Assembly: GCA_040954595.2 (NCBI GenBank)
Contig: CM082589.2
Coordinates: 9,994,894 to 10,058,893, forward strand
Source: Balanoglossus misakiensis
Taxonomy: Eukaryota; Animalia; Hemichordata
Length of the DNA stretch: 64,000 bases
Direction of reading: 5' to 3'
The notes under the pieces are model-generated. The model worked only from the letters and a program-made list of their open reading frames with translations. It searched no databases and had not been told where the DNA came from. Both the position numbers and the translations under genes were made by a program. Shown here piece after piece: positions 1 through 15,000 of this stretch. Within the stretch, counting starts at the first letter, position 1, and each line of letters starts with the position of its first letter.

Positions 1-3000
1 AATTTTGTCGATTTTTGAAAAAAAATCATGGGTTCGTTGATTTTTGAAAAAAAACATGGGTGAAAATCATCAAAAAATTACAAATTTTCGAATTTTCAAA
101 ATCTCAAAATTTCTTAAATTTTTGAAAAAAAGTCATGGGTGAAAATCATCAAAAAATTACAAATTTTCGTCTTTGCAAAATCTCAAAATTTCGTCGATTT
201 TTGAAAAAAAAAATCATGGGTAAAAATCATCAAAAAATTACAAATTTTCGACTTTGCAAAATCTAAAAATTTTGTCGATTTTTGAAAAAAATCATGGGTG
301 AAAATCATAAAAAATGACAAATTTTCGACTTTGCAAAATCTCAAAATTTCGTAGATTTTTGAAAAAAAAAAATCATGGGTAAAAATCATCAAAAAATTAC
401 AAATTTTCGACTTTGCAAAATCTAAAAATTTTGTCGATTTTTGAAAACAATCATGGGTGAAAATCATCAAAAAATGACAAATTTTCGACTTTGCAAAATC
501 TCAAAATGTTGTCGATTTTTGAAAAAAAATCATGGGTGAAAATCATTAATAAATGACAAATTTTCGACTTTGCAAAATCTCAAAATTTCGTCGATTTTTG
601 AAAAAAAATCATGGGTGAAAATCATCAAAAAATTACAAATTTTCGACTTTGCAAAATCTCAAAATTTCGTCGATTTTTGAGAAAAATCATGGGTGAAAAT
701 CATCAAAAAATGACAAATTTTCGACTTTGCAAAATCTCAAAATTTTGTCGATTTTTGAAAAAAATCATGGGTTCGTTCAATTTTGAAAAAAAACATGGGT
801 GAAAATCATCAAAAAATTACAAATTTTCGACTTTGCAAAATCTCAAAATTTCGTCGATTTTTGAAAAAAAATCATGGGTGAAAATCATCAAAAAATTACA
901 AATTTTCGACTTTGCAAAATCTCAAAATTTTGTCGATTTTTGAAAAAAAATCATGGGTTCGTTGATTTTTGAAAAAAAACATGGGTGAAAATCATCAAAA
1001 AATTACAAATTTTCGAATTTGCAAAATCACAAAATTTCGTCGATTTTTGAAAAAAAAACATGGGTGAAAATCATCAAAAAATTACAAATTTTCGACTTTG
1101 CAAAATCTCAAAATTTCGTAAATTTTTGAAAAAAAGTCATGGGTGAAAATCATCAAAAAATTACAAATTTTCGTCTTTGCAAAATCACAAAATTTCGTCG
1201 ATTTTTGAAAAAAAAAATCATGGGTAAAAATCATCAAAAAATTACAAATTTTCGACTTTGCAAAATCTAAAAATTTTGTCGATTTTTGAAAAAAATCATG
1301 GGTGAAAATCATCAAAAAATGACAAATTTTCGTCTTTGCAAAATCTCAAAATTTCGTCCATTTTTGAATAAAAATCATGGGTGAAAATCATCAAAAAATG
1401 ACACATTTTCGACTTTGCAAAATCTAAAAATTTCGTCGATTTTTGAAAAAAATCATGGTTGAAAATCATCAAAAAATGACAAAATTTTCGACTTTGTAAA
1501 ATCACAAAATTTCGTCGATTTTGAAAAAAATCATAGGTTCGTCGATTTCTAAAAAAAAACATGGGTGAAAATCATCAAAAAATGACAAATTTTCGACTTT
1601 GCAAAATCTCAAAATTTCGTCGATTTTTGAAAAAAATCATGGGTGAAAATCATCAAAAAATGACAAATTTTCGACTTCGCAAAATCTCAAAATTTCGTCA
1701 ATTTTTGAAAAAATCAGGGGTAAAAATCATCAAAAAATGACAAATTTTCGTCTTTGCTAAATCTCAAAATTTCGTCGGTTTTTGAAAAATAATATGGGTG
1801 AAAATCATCAAAAAATGACAAATTTTCGACTTTGCAAAATCTCAAAATTTCGTCCATTTTTGAAAAAAAATCATGGGTAAAAATCATCAAAAAATGACAA
1901 ATTTTCGTCTTTGCAAAATCTCAAAATTTCTTCCATTTAAAAAAAAAAGCATGGGGGAAAATCATCAAAAAATGACAAATTTTCGTCTTTTCAAAATCTC
2001 AAAATTTCGTCCATTTAAAAAAAAAAACATGGGTGAAAATCATCAAAAAATGACAAATTTTTGACTTTTCAAAATCTCACAATTTCGTCGATTTTTGAAA
2101 AAAATCATGGGTGAAAATCATCAAAAAATGACAAATTATCGACTTTGCAAAATCTCAAAATTTCGTCGATTTTGAAAAAAACCATTGGGGGAAAATCATC
2201 AAAAAATGACAAATTATCGACTTTGCAAAATCTCAAAATTTCGTCCATTTTAAAAAAAAAACATGGGGGAAAATCATCAAAAAATGACAAATTTTCGACT
2301 TTGCAAAATCTCAAAATTTCGTCGATTTTGAAAAAAAACATTGGGGGAAAATCATCAAAAAATGACAAATTATCGACTTTGCACAATCTCACAATTTCGT
2401 CGATTTTTGAAAAAAATCATGGGTGAAAATCATCAAAAAATTACAAATTTTCGACTTTGCAAAATCTAAAAATTTTGTCGATTTTTGAAAAAAAATCATG
2501 GGTGAAAATCATTAATAAATGACAAATTTTCGACTTTGCAAAATCTCAAAATTTCGTCGATTTTTGAAAAAAAATCATGGGTGAAAATCATCAAAAAATT
2601 ACAAATTTTCGACTTTGCAAAATCTCAAAATTTCGTCGATTTTTGAGAAAAATCATGGGTGAAAATCATCAAAAAATGACAAATTTTCGACTTTGCAAAA
2701 TCTCAAAATTTTGTCGATTTTTGAAAAAAAATCATGGGTTCGTTGATTTTTGAAAAAAAACATGGGTGAAAATCATCAAAAAATTACAAATTTTCGAATT
2801 TGCAAAATCTCAAAATTTCTTAAATTTTTGAAAAAAAGTCATGGGTGAAAATCATCAAAAAATTACAAATTTTCGTCTTTGCAAAATCTCAAAATTTCGT
2901 CGATTTTTGAAAAAAAAAATCATGGGTAAAAATCATCAAAAAATTACAAATTTTCGACTTTGCAAAATCTAAAAATTTTGTCGATTTTTGAAAAAAATCA

Positions 3001-6000
3001 TGGGTGAAAATCATAAAAAATGACAAATTTTCGACTTTGCAAAATCTCAAAATTTCGTAGATTTTTGAAAAAAAAAAAATCATGGGTAAAAATCATCAAA
3101 AAATTACAAATTTTCGACTTTGCAAAATCTAAAAATTTTGTCGATTTTTGAAAACAATCATGGGTGAAAATCATCAAAAAATGACAAATTTTCGACTTTG
3201 CAAAATCTCAAAATGTTGTCGATTTTTGAAAAAAAATCATGGGTGAAAATCATTAATAAATGACAAATTTTCGACTTTGCAAAATCTCAAAATTTCGTCG
3301 ATTTTTGAAAAAAAATCATGGGTGAAAATCATCAAAAAATTACAAATTTTCGACTTTGCAAAATCTCAAAATTTCGTCGATTTTTGAGAAAAATCATGGG
3401 TGAAAATCATCAAAAAATGACAAATTTTCGACTTTGCAAAATCTCAAAATTTTGTCGATTTTTGAAAAAAATCATGGGTTCGTTCAATTTTGAAAAAAAA
3501 CATGGGTGAAAATCATCAAAAAATTACAAATTTTCGACTTTGCAAAATCTCAAAATTTCGTCGATTTTTGAAAAAAAATCATGGGTGAAAATCATCAAAA
3601 AATTACAAATTTTCGACTTTGCAAAATCTCAAAATTTTGTCGATTTTTGAAAAAAAATCATGGGTTCGTTGATTTTTGAAAAAAAACATGGGTGAAAATC
3701 ATCAAAAAATTACAAATTTTCGAATTTGCAAAATCACAAAATTTCGTCGATTTTTGAAAAAAAAACATGGGTGAAAATCATCAAAAAATTACAAATTTTC
3801 GACTTTGCAAAATCTCAAAATTTCGTAAATTTTTGAAAAAAAGTCATGGGTGAAAATCATCAAAAAATTACAAATTTTCGTCTTTGCAAAATCACAAAAT
3901 TTCGTCGATTTTTGAAAAAAAAAATCATGGGTAAAAATCATCAAAAAATTACAAATTTTCGACTTTGCAAAATCTAAAAATTTTGTCGATTTTTGAAAAA
4001 AATCATGGGTGAAAATCATCAAAAAATGACAAATTTTCGTCTTTGCAAAATCTCAAAATTTCGTCCATTTTTGAATAAAAATCATGGGTGAAAATCATCA
4101 AAAAATGACACATTTTCGACTTTGCAAAATCTAAAAATTTCGTCGATTTTTGAAAAAAATCATGGTTGAAAATCATCAAAAAATGACAAAATTTTCGACT
4201 TTGTAAAATCACAAAATTTCGTCGATTTTGAAAAAAATCATAGGTTCGTCGATTTCTAAAAAAAAACATGGGTGAAAATCATCAAAAAATGACAAATTTT
4301 CGACTTTGCAAAATCTCAAAATTTCGTCGATTTTTGAAAAAAATCATGGGTGAAAATCATCAAAAAATGACAAATTTTCGACTTCGCAAAATCTCAAAAT
4401 TTCGTCAATTTTTGAAAAAATCAGGGGTAAAAATCATCAAAAAATGACAAATTTTCGTCTTTGCTAAATCTCAAAATTTCGTCGGTTTTTGAAAAATAAT
4501 ATGGGTGAAAATCATCAAAAAATGACAAATTTTCGACTTTGCAAAATCTCAAAATTTCGTCCATTTTTGAAAAAAAATCATGGGTAAAAATCATCAAAAA
4601 ATGACAAATTTTCGTCTTTGCAAAATCTCAAAATTTCTTCCATTTAAAAAAAAAAGCATGGGGGAAAATCATCAAAAAATGACAAATTTTCGTCTTTTCA
4701 AAATCTCAAAATTTCGTCCATTTAAAAAAAAAAACATGGGTGAAAATCATCAAAAAATGACAAATTTTTGACTTTTCAAAATCTCACAATTTCGTCGATT
4801 TTTGAAAAAAATCATGGGTGAAAATCATCAAAAAATGACAAATTATCGACTTTGCAAAATCTCAAAATTTCGTCGATTTTGAAAAAAACCATTGGGGGAA
4901 AATCATCAAAAAATGACAAATTATCGACTTTGCAAAATCTCAAAATTTCGTCCATTTTAAAAAAAAAACATGGGGGAAAATCATCAAAAAATGACAAATT
5001 TTCGACTTTGCAAAATCTCAAAATTTCGTCGATTTTGAAAAAAAACATTGGGGGAAAATCATCAAAAAATGACAAATTATCGACTTTGCACAATCTCACA
5101 ATTTCGTCGATTTTTGAAAAAAATCATGGGTGAAAATCATCAAAAAATTACAAATTTTCGACTTTGCAAAATCTCAACATTTCGTCGATTTTTGAAAAAA
5201 ATCATGGGTGAAAATCATCAAAAAATGACAAATTTTCGACTTTGCAAAATCTCACAATTTCGTCGATTTTTGAAAAAAATCATGGGTGAAAATCATCAAA
5301 AAATTACAAATTTTCGACTTTGCAAAATCTCAACATTTCGTCGATTTTTGAAAAAAATCATGGGTGAAAATCATCAAAAAATTACAAATTTTCGACTTTG
5401 CAAAATCTCAAAATTTCGTCGATTTTTGAAAAAAAATCATGGGTGAAAATCATCAAAAAATTACAAATTTTCGACTTTGCAAAATCTCAAAATTTTGTCG
5501 ATTTTTGAAAAAAAATCATGGGTTCGTTGATTTTTGAAAAAAAACATGGGTGAAAATCATCAAAAAATTACAAATTTTCGAATTTGCAAAATCACAAAAT
5601 TTCGTCGATTTTTGAAAAAAAAAAACATGGGTGAAAATCATCAAAAAATTACAAATTTTCGACTTTGCAAAATCTCAAAATTTCGTAAATTTTTGAAAAA
5701 AAGTCATGGGTGAAAATCATCAAAAAATTACAAATTTTCGTCTTTGCAAAATCTCAAAATTTCGTCGATTTTTGAAAAAAAAAATCATGGGTAAAAATCA
5801 TCAAAAAATTACAAATTTTCGACTTTGCAAAATCTAAAAATTTTGTCGATTTTTGAAAAAAATCATGGGTGAAAATCATCAAAAAATGACAAATTTTCGT
5901 CTTTGCAAAATCTCAAAATTTCGTCCATTTTTGAATAAAAATCATGGGTGAAAATCATCAAAAAATGACACATTTTCGACTTTGCAAAATCTAAAAATTT

Positions 6001-9000
6001 CGTCGATTTTTGAAAAAAATCATGGTTGAAAATCATCAAAAAATGACAAAATTTTCGACTTTGTAAAATCACAAAATTTCGTCGATTTTGAAAAAAATCA
6101 TAGGTTCGTCGATTTCTAAAAAAAAACATGGGTGAAAATCATCAAAAAATGACAAATTTTCGACTTTGCAAAATCTCAAAATTTCGTCGATTTTTGAAAT
6201 AAATCATGGGTGAAAATCATCAAAAAATGACAAATTTTCGACTTCGCAAAATCTCAAAATTTCGTCAATTTTTGAAAAAATCAGGGGTAAAAATCATCAA
6301 AAAATGACAAATTTTCGTCTTTGCTAAATCTCAATATTTCGTCGGTTTTTGAAAAATAATATGGGTGAAAATCATCAAAAAATGACAAATTTTCGACTTT
6401 GCAAAATCTCACAATTTCGTCGATTTTTGAAAAAAATCATGGGTGAAAATCATCAAAAAATGACAAATTATCGACTTTGCAAAATCTCAAAATTTCGTCG
6501 ATTTTGAAAAAAACCATTGGGGGAAAATCATCAAAAAATGACAAATTATCGACTTTGCAAAATCTCAAAATTTCGTCCATTTTAAAAAAAAAACATGGGG
6601 GAAAATCATCAAAAAATGACAAATTTTCGACTTTGCAAAATCTCAAAATTTCGTCGATTTTGAAAAAAAACATTGGGGGAAAATCATCAAAAAATGACAA
6701 ATTATCGACTTTGCACAATCTCACAATTTCGTCGATTTTTGAAAAAAATCATGGGTGAAAATCATCAAAAAATTACAAATGTTCGACTTTGCAAAATCTC
6801 AACATTTCGTCGATTTTTGAAAAAAATCATGGGTGAAAATCATCAAAAAATGACAAATTTTCGACTTTGCAAAATCTCACAATTTCGTCGATTTTTGAAA
6901 AAAATCATGGGTGAAAATCATCAAAAAATTACAAATTTTCGACTTTGCAAAATCTCAACATTTCGTCGATTTTTGAAAAAAATCATGGGTAAAAATCATC
7001 AAAAAATTACAAATTTTCGACTTTGCAAAATCTAAAAATTTTGTCGATTTTTGAAAAAAATCATGGGTGAAAATCATCAAAAAATTACAAATTTTCGACT
7101 TTGCAAAATCTCAACATTTCGTCGATTTTTGAAAAAAATCATGGGTAAAAATCATCAAAAAATTACAAATTTTCGACTTTGCAAAATCTAAAAATTTTGT
7201 CGATTTTTGAAAAAAATCATGGGTGAAAATCATCAAAAAATGACAAATTTTCGTCTTTGCAAAATCTCAAAATTTCGTCCATTTTTGAATAAAAATCATG
7301 GGTGAAAATCATCAAAAAATGACACATTTTCGACTTTGCAAAATCTAAAAATTTCGTCATTTTTTAAAAAAAAATCATGGTGAAAATCATCAAAAAATGA
7401 CAAATTGTCGACTTTGCAAAATCTAAAAATTTTGTCGATTTTTGAAAAAAATCATGGGTGAAAATAATCAAAAAATGACAAATTTTCGACTTTGCAAAAT
7501 CTCAAAATTTCGTCGATTTTTGAAAAAAATCATGGGTGAAAATCATCAAAAAATGACAAATTTTCGACTTTGCAAAATCTCAAAATTTTGTCGATTTTTG
7601 AAAAAAAATCATGGGTTCGTTGATTTTTGAAAAAAAACATGGGTGAAAATCATCAAAAAATTACAAATTTTCGAATTTGCAAAATCTCAAAATTTCGTCG
7701 ATTTTTGAAAAAAAAAACATGGGTGAAAATCATCAAAAAATGACAAATTTTCGACTTTGCAAAATCTCAAAATTTCGTAAATTTTTGAAAAAAAGTCATG
7801 GGTGAAAATCATCAAAAAATTAAAAAGTTTCGTCTTTGCAAAATCTCAAAAAATCGTCGATTTTTGAAAAAAAAAATCATGGGTAAAAATCATCAAAAAA
7901 TTACAAATTTTCGACTTTGCAAAATCTAAAAATTTTGTCGATTTTTGAAAAAAATCATGGGTGAAAATCATCAAAAAATGACAAATTTTCGACTTTGCAA
8001 AATCTCAAAATTTCGTCGATTTTTGAAAAAAATCATGGGTGAAAATCATCAAAAAATGACAAATTTTCGACTTTGCAAAATCTCAAAATTTCGTAAATTT
8101 TTGAAAAAAAGTCATGGGTGAAAATCATCAAAAAATTAAAAAGTTTCGTCTTTGCAAAATCTCAAAATTTCGTCGATTTTTGAAAAAAAAATCATGGGTA
8201 AAAATCATCAAAAAATTACAAATTTTCGACTTTGCAAAATCTAAAAATTTTGTCGATTTTTGAAAAAAATCATGGGTGAAAATCATCAAAAAATGACAAA
8301 TTTTCGACTTTGCAAAATCTCAAAATTTCGTCGATTTTGAAAAAAACCATTGGGGGAAAATCATCAAAAAATGACAAATTATCGACTTTGCAAAATCTCA
8401 AAATTTCGTCCATTTTAAAAAAAAAACATGGGGGAAAATCATCAAAAAATGACAAATTTTCGACTTTGCAAAATCTCAAAATTTCGTCGATTTTGAAAAA
8501 AAACATTGGGGGAAAATCATCAAAAAATGACAAATTATCGACTTTGCACAATCTCACAATTTCGTCGATTTTTGAAAAAAATCATGGGTGAAAATCATCA
8601 AAAAATTACAAATGTTCGACTTTGCAAAATCTCAACATTTCGTCGATTTTTGAAAAAAATCATGGGTGAAAATCATCAAAAAATGACAAATTTTCGACTT
8701 TGCAAAATCTCACAATTTCGTCGATTTTTGAAAAAAATCATGGGTGAAAATCATCAAAAAATTACAAATTTTCGACTTTGCAAAATCTCAACATTTCGTC
8801 GATTTTTGAAAAAAATCATGGGTAAAAATCATCAAAAAATTACAAATTTTCGACTTTGCAAAATCTAAAAATTTTGTCGATTTTTGAAAAAAATCATGGG
8901 TGAAAATCATCAAAAAATGACAAATTTTCGTCTTTGCAAAATCTCAAAATTTCGTCCATTTTTGAATAAAAATCATGGGTGAAAATCATCAAAAAATGAC

Positions 9001-12000
9001 ACATTTTCGACTTTGCAAAATCTAAAAATTTCGTCATTTTTTAAAAAAAAATCATGGTGAAAATCATCAAAAAATGACAAATTGTCGACTTTGCAAAATC
9101 TAAAAATTTTGTCGATTTTTGAAAAAAATCATGGGTGAAAATAATCAAAAAATGACAAATTTTCGACTTTGCAAAATCTCAAAATTTCGTCGATTTTTGA
9201 AAAAAATCATGGGTGAAAATCATCAAAAAATGACAAATTTTCGACTTTGCAAAATCTCAAAATTTTGTCGATTTTTGAAAAAAAATCATGGGTTCGTTGA
9301 TTTTTGAAAAAAAACATGGGTGAAAATCATCAAAAAATTACAAATTTTCGAATTTGCAAAATCTCAAAATTTCGTCGATTTTTGAAAAAAAAAACATGGG
9401 TGAAAATCATCAAAAAATGACAAATTTTCGACTTTGCAAAATCTCAAAATTTCGTAAATTTTTGAAAAAAAGTCATGGGTGAAAATCATCAAAAAATTAA
9501 AAAGTTTCGTCTTTGCAAAATCTCAAAAAATCGTCGATTTTTGAAAAAAAAAATCATGGGTAAAAATCATCAAAAAATTACAAATTTTCGACTTTGCAAA
9601 ATCTAAAAATTTTGTCGATTTTTGAAAAAAATCATGGGTGAAAATCATCAAAAAATGACAAATTTTCGACTTTGCAAAATCTCAAAATTTCGTCGATTTT
9701 TGAAAAAAATCATGGGTGAAAATCATCAAAAAATGACAAATTTTCGACTTTGCAAAATCTCAAAATTTCGTAAATTTTTGAAAAAAAGTCATGGGTGAAA
9801 ATCATCAAAAAATTAAAAAGTTTCGTCTTTGCAAAATCTCAAAATTTCGTCGATTTTTGAAAAAAAAATCATGGGTAAAAATCATCAAAAAATTACAAAT
9901 TTTCGTCTTTGCAAAATCTAAAAATTTTGTCGATTTTTGAAAAAAATCATGGGTGAAAATCATCAAAAAATGACAAATTTTCGACTTTGCAAAATCTCAA
10001 AATTTCGTCGATTTTTGAAAAAAATCATGGGTGAAAATCATCAAAAAATGACAAATTTTCGACTTTGCAAAATCTTAAATTTCGTCGATTTTTGAAAAAA
10101 ATCATGGGTGAAAATCATCAAAAAATGACAAATTTTTGACTTTGCAAAATCTCAAAATTTCGTCGATTTTTGAGAAAAATCATGGGTGAAAATCATCAAA
10201 AAATGACAAATTTTCGTCTTTGCAAAATCTCAAAATTTGGTCGATTTTTGAAAAAAAAAATCATGGGTAAAAATCATCAAAAAATGACAAATTTTCGACT
10301 TTGCAAAATCTCAAATTTCGTCGATTTTTGAAAAGAATCATGGGTGAAAATCATCAAAAAATGACAAATTTTCGACTTTGCAAAATCTCAAAATTTCGTC
10401 GATTTTTGAGAAAAATCATGGGTGAAAATCATCAAAAAACGACAAATTTTCGTCTTTGCAAAATCTCAAAATTTCGTCGATTTTTGAAAAAAATCATGGG
10501 TGAAAATCATCAAAAAATGACAATTTTTTGTCTTTGCAAAATCTCAAAATTTGGTCGATTTTTGAAAAACAAAATCATGGGAAAAAATCATCAAAAAATG
10601 ACAAATTTTCGACTTTGCAAAATCTCAAAATTTCGTCGATTTTGGAAAAAAAAACATGGGTGAAAATCATCAAAAAATGACAAATTTTCGAATTTGCAAA
10701 ATCTCAAAATTTCGTCGATTTTTGAAAAAAATCATGGGTTCGTTCAATTTTGAAAAAAAACATGGGTGAAAATCATCAAAAAATTACAAATTTTCGACTT
10801 TGCAAAATCTCAAAATTTTGTCGATTTTTGAAAAAAAATCATGGGTGAAAATCATTAATAAATGACAAATTTTCGACTTTGCAAAATCTCAAAATTTCGT
10901 CGATTTTTGAAAAAAAATCATGGGTGAAAATCATCAAAAAATTACAAATTTTCGACTTTGCAAAATCTCAAAATTTCGTCGATTTTTGAGAAAAATCATG
11001 GGTGAAAATCATCAAAAAATGACAAATTTTCGACTTTGCAAAATCTCAAAATTTTGTCGATTTTTGAAAAAAAATCATGGGTTCGTTGATTTTTGAAAAA
11101 AAACATGGGTGAAAATCATCAAAAAATTACAAATTTTCGAATTTGCAAAATCTCAAAATTTTGTCGATTTTTGAAAAAAATCATGGGTGAAAATCATCAA
11201 AAAATGACACATTTTCGACTTTGCAAAATCTCAAAATTTCGTCGATTTTTGAAAAAAATCATGGGTGAAAATCATCAAAAAATGACAAATTTTCGACTTT
11301 GCAAAATCTCAAAATTTCGTCGATTTTTGAAAAAAATCATGGGTTCGTTCAATTTTGAAAAAAAATATGGGTGAAAATCATCAAAAAATTACAAATTTTC
11401 GTCTTTGCAAAATCTCAAAATTTCGTCGATTTTTGAAAAAAAAATCATGGGTAAAAATCATCAAAAAATTACAAATTTTCGACTTTGCAAAATCTCAAAA
11501 TTTTGTCGATTTTTGAAAAAAATCATGGGTGAAAATCATCAAAAAATGACAAATTTTCGACTTTGCAAAATCTCAAAATTTCGTCGATTTTTGAAAAAAA
11601 TCATGGGTTCGTTCAATTTTGAAAAAAAACATGGGTGAAAATCATCAAAAAATTACAAATTTTCGACTTTGCAAAATCTCAAAAATTTGTCGATTTTTGA
11701 AAAAAAATCATGGGTGAAAATCATTAATAAATGACAAATTTTCGACTTTGCAAAATCTCAAAATTTCGTCGATTTTTGAAAAAAAAAACATGGGTGAAAA
11801 TCATCAAAAAATGACAAATTTTCGACTTTGCAAAATCTCAAAATTTCGTCGATTTTTGAAAAAAATCATGGGTTCGTTCAATTTTGAAAAAAAACATGGG
11901 TGAAAATCATCAAAAAATTACAAATTTTCGACTTTGCAAAATCTCAAAATTTTGTCGATTTTTGAAAAAAAATCATGGGTGAAAATCATTAATAAATGAC

Positions 12001-15000
12001 AAATTTTCGACTTTGCAAAATCTCAAAATTTCGTCGATTTTTGAAAAAAAATCATGGGTGAAAATCATCAAAAAATTACAAATTTTCGACTTTGCAAAAT
12101 CTCAAAATTTCGTCGATTTTTGAGAAAAATCATGGGTGAAAATCATCAAAAAATGACAAATTTTCGACTTTGCAAAATCTCAAAATTTTGTCGATTTTTG
12201 AAAAAAAATCATGGGTTCGTTGATTTTTGAAAAAAAACATGGGTGAAAATCATCAAAAAATTACAAATTTTCGAATTTGCAAAATCTCAAAATTTTGTCG
12301 ATTTTTGAAAAAAATCATGGGTGAAAATCATCAAAAAATGACACATTTTCGACTTTGCAAAATCTCAAAATTTCGTCGATTTTTGAAAAAAATCATGGGT
12401 GAAAATCATCAAAAAATGACAAATTTTCGACTTTGCAAAATCTCAAAATTTCGTCGATTTTTGAAAAAAAATCATGGGTTCGTTCAATTTTGAAAAAAAA
12501 CATGGGTGAAAATCATCAAAAAATTACAAATTTTCGACTTTGCAAAATCTCAAAAATTTGTCGATTTTTGAAAAAAAATCATGGGTGAAAATCATTAATA
12601 AATGACAAATTTTCGACATTGCAAAATCTCAAAATTTCGTCGATTTTTGAAAAAAAAATCATGGGTGAAAATCATCAAAAAATTACAAATTTTCGACTTT
12701 GCAAAATCTCAAAATTTCGTCGATTTTTGAGAAAAATCATGGGTGAAAATCATCAAAAAATGACAAATTTTCGACTTTGCAAAATCTCAAAATTTTGTCG
12801 ATTTTTGAAAAAAAATCATGGGTTCGTTGATTTTTGAAAAAAAATCATGGGTGAAAATCATCAAAAAATTACAAATTTTCGACTTTGCAAAATCTCAAAA
12901 TTTCGTCGATTTTTGAGAAAAATCATGGGTGAAAATCATCAAAAAATGACAAATTTTCGACTTTGCAAAATCTCAAAATTTCGTAAATTTTTGAAAAAAA
13001 GTCATGGGTGAAAATCATCAAAAAATTACAAATTTTCGTCTTTGCAAAATCTCAAAATTTCGTCGATTTTTGAAAAAAAAAAATCATGGGTAAAAATCAT
13101 CAAAAAATTACAAATTTTCGACTTTGCAAAATCTAAAAATTTTGTCGATTTTTGAAAAAAATCATGGGTGAAAATCATCAAAAAATGACAAATTTTCGAC
13201 TTTGCAAAATCTCAAAATTTCGTCGATTTTTGAAAAAAAAAACATGGGTGAAAATCATCAAAAAATGACAAATTTTCGACTTTGCAAAATCTCAAAATTT
13301 CGTCGATTTTTGAAAAAAATCATGGGTTCGTTCAATTTTGAAAAAAAACATGGGTGAAAATCATCAAAAAATTACAAATTTTCGACTTTGCAAAATCTCA
13401 AAATTTTGTCGATTTTTGAAAAAAAATCATGGGTGAAAATCATTAATAAATGACAAATTTTCGACTTTGCAAAATCTCAAAATTTCGTCGATTTTTGAAA
13501 AAAAATCATGGGTGAAAATCATCAAAAAATTACAAATTTTCGACTTTGCAAAATCTCAAAATTTCGTCGATTTTTGAGAAAAATCATGGGTGAAAATCAT
13601 CAAAAAATGACAAATTTTCGACTTTGAAAATATCTAAATTTTGTCGATTTTTGAAAAAAAATCATGGGTTCGTTGATTTTTGAAAAAAAACATGGGTGAA
13701 AAAAATCAAAAAATTACAAATTTTCGAATTTGCAAAATCTCAAAATTTTGTCGATTTTTGAAAAAAATCATGGGTGAAAATCATCAAAAAATGACACATT
13801 TTCGACTTTGCAAAATCTCAAAATTTCGTCGATTTTTGAAAAAAATCATGGGTGAAAATCATCAAAAAATGACAAATTTTCGACTTTGCAAAATCTCAAA
13901 ATTTCGTCGATTTTTGAAAAAAATCATGGGTTCGTTCAATTTTGAAAAAAAACATGGGTGAAAATCATCAAAAAATTACAAATTTTCGACTTTGCAAAAT
14001 CTCAAAAATTTGTCGATTTTTGAAAAAAAATCATGGGTGAAAATCATTAATAAATGACAAATTTTCGACATTGCAAAATCTCAAAATTTCGTCGATTTTT
14101 GAAAAAAAAATCATGGGTGAAAATCATCAAAAAATTACAAATTTTCGACTTTGCAAAATCTCAAAATTTCGTCGATTTTTGAGAAAAATCATGGGTGAAA
14201 ATCATCAAAAAATGACAAATTTTCGACTTTGCAAAATCTCAAAATTTTGTCGATTTTTGAAAAAAAATCATGGGTTCGTTGATTTTTGAAAAAAAATCAT
14301 GGGTGAAAATCATCAAAAAATTACAAATTTTCGACTTTGCAAAATCTCAAAATTTTGTCGATTTTTGAAAAAAATCATGGGTGAAAATCATCAAAAAATG
14401 ACAAATTTTCGACTTTGCAAAATCTCAAAATTTCGTAGATTTTTGAAAAAAAACATGGGTGAAAATCATCAAAAAATGACAAATTTTCGACTTTGCAAAA
14501 TCTCAAATTTCGTCGATTTTTGAAAAAAATCATGGGTGAAAATCATCAAAAAATGACAAATTTTCGTCTTTGCAAAATCCCAAAATTTCGTAAATTTTTG
14601 AATAAAAGTCATGGGTGAAAATCATCAAAAAATTACAAATTTTCGTCTTTGCAAAATCTCAAAATTTCGTCGATTTTTGAAAAAAAAAATCATGGGTAAA
14701 AATCATCAAAAAATTACAAATTTTCGACTTTGCAAAATCTAAAAATTTTGTCGATTTTTGAAAAAAACAATCATGGTGAAAATCATCAAAAAATGACAAA
14801 TTTTCGACTATGCAAAATCTCAAAATGTTGTCAATTTTTTAAAAAATTCATGAGTTCGTTGATTTTTTAAAAAAAACATTGGTGTCAATTTTTGAAAAAA
14901 ATCATGGGTTCGTTGATTTTTAAAAAAAAACATTGGTGAAAATCATCAAAAAATTACAAATTTTCGACTTTGCAAAATCTCAAAATTTCGTACATTTTTG

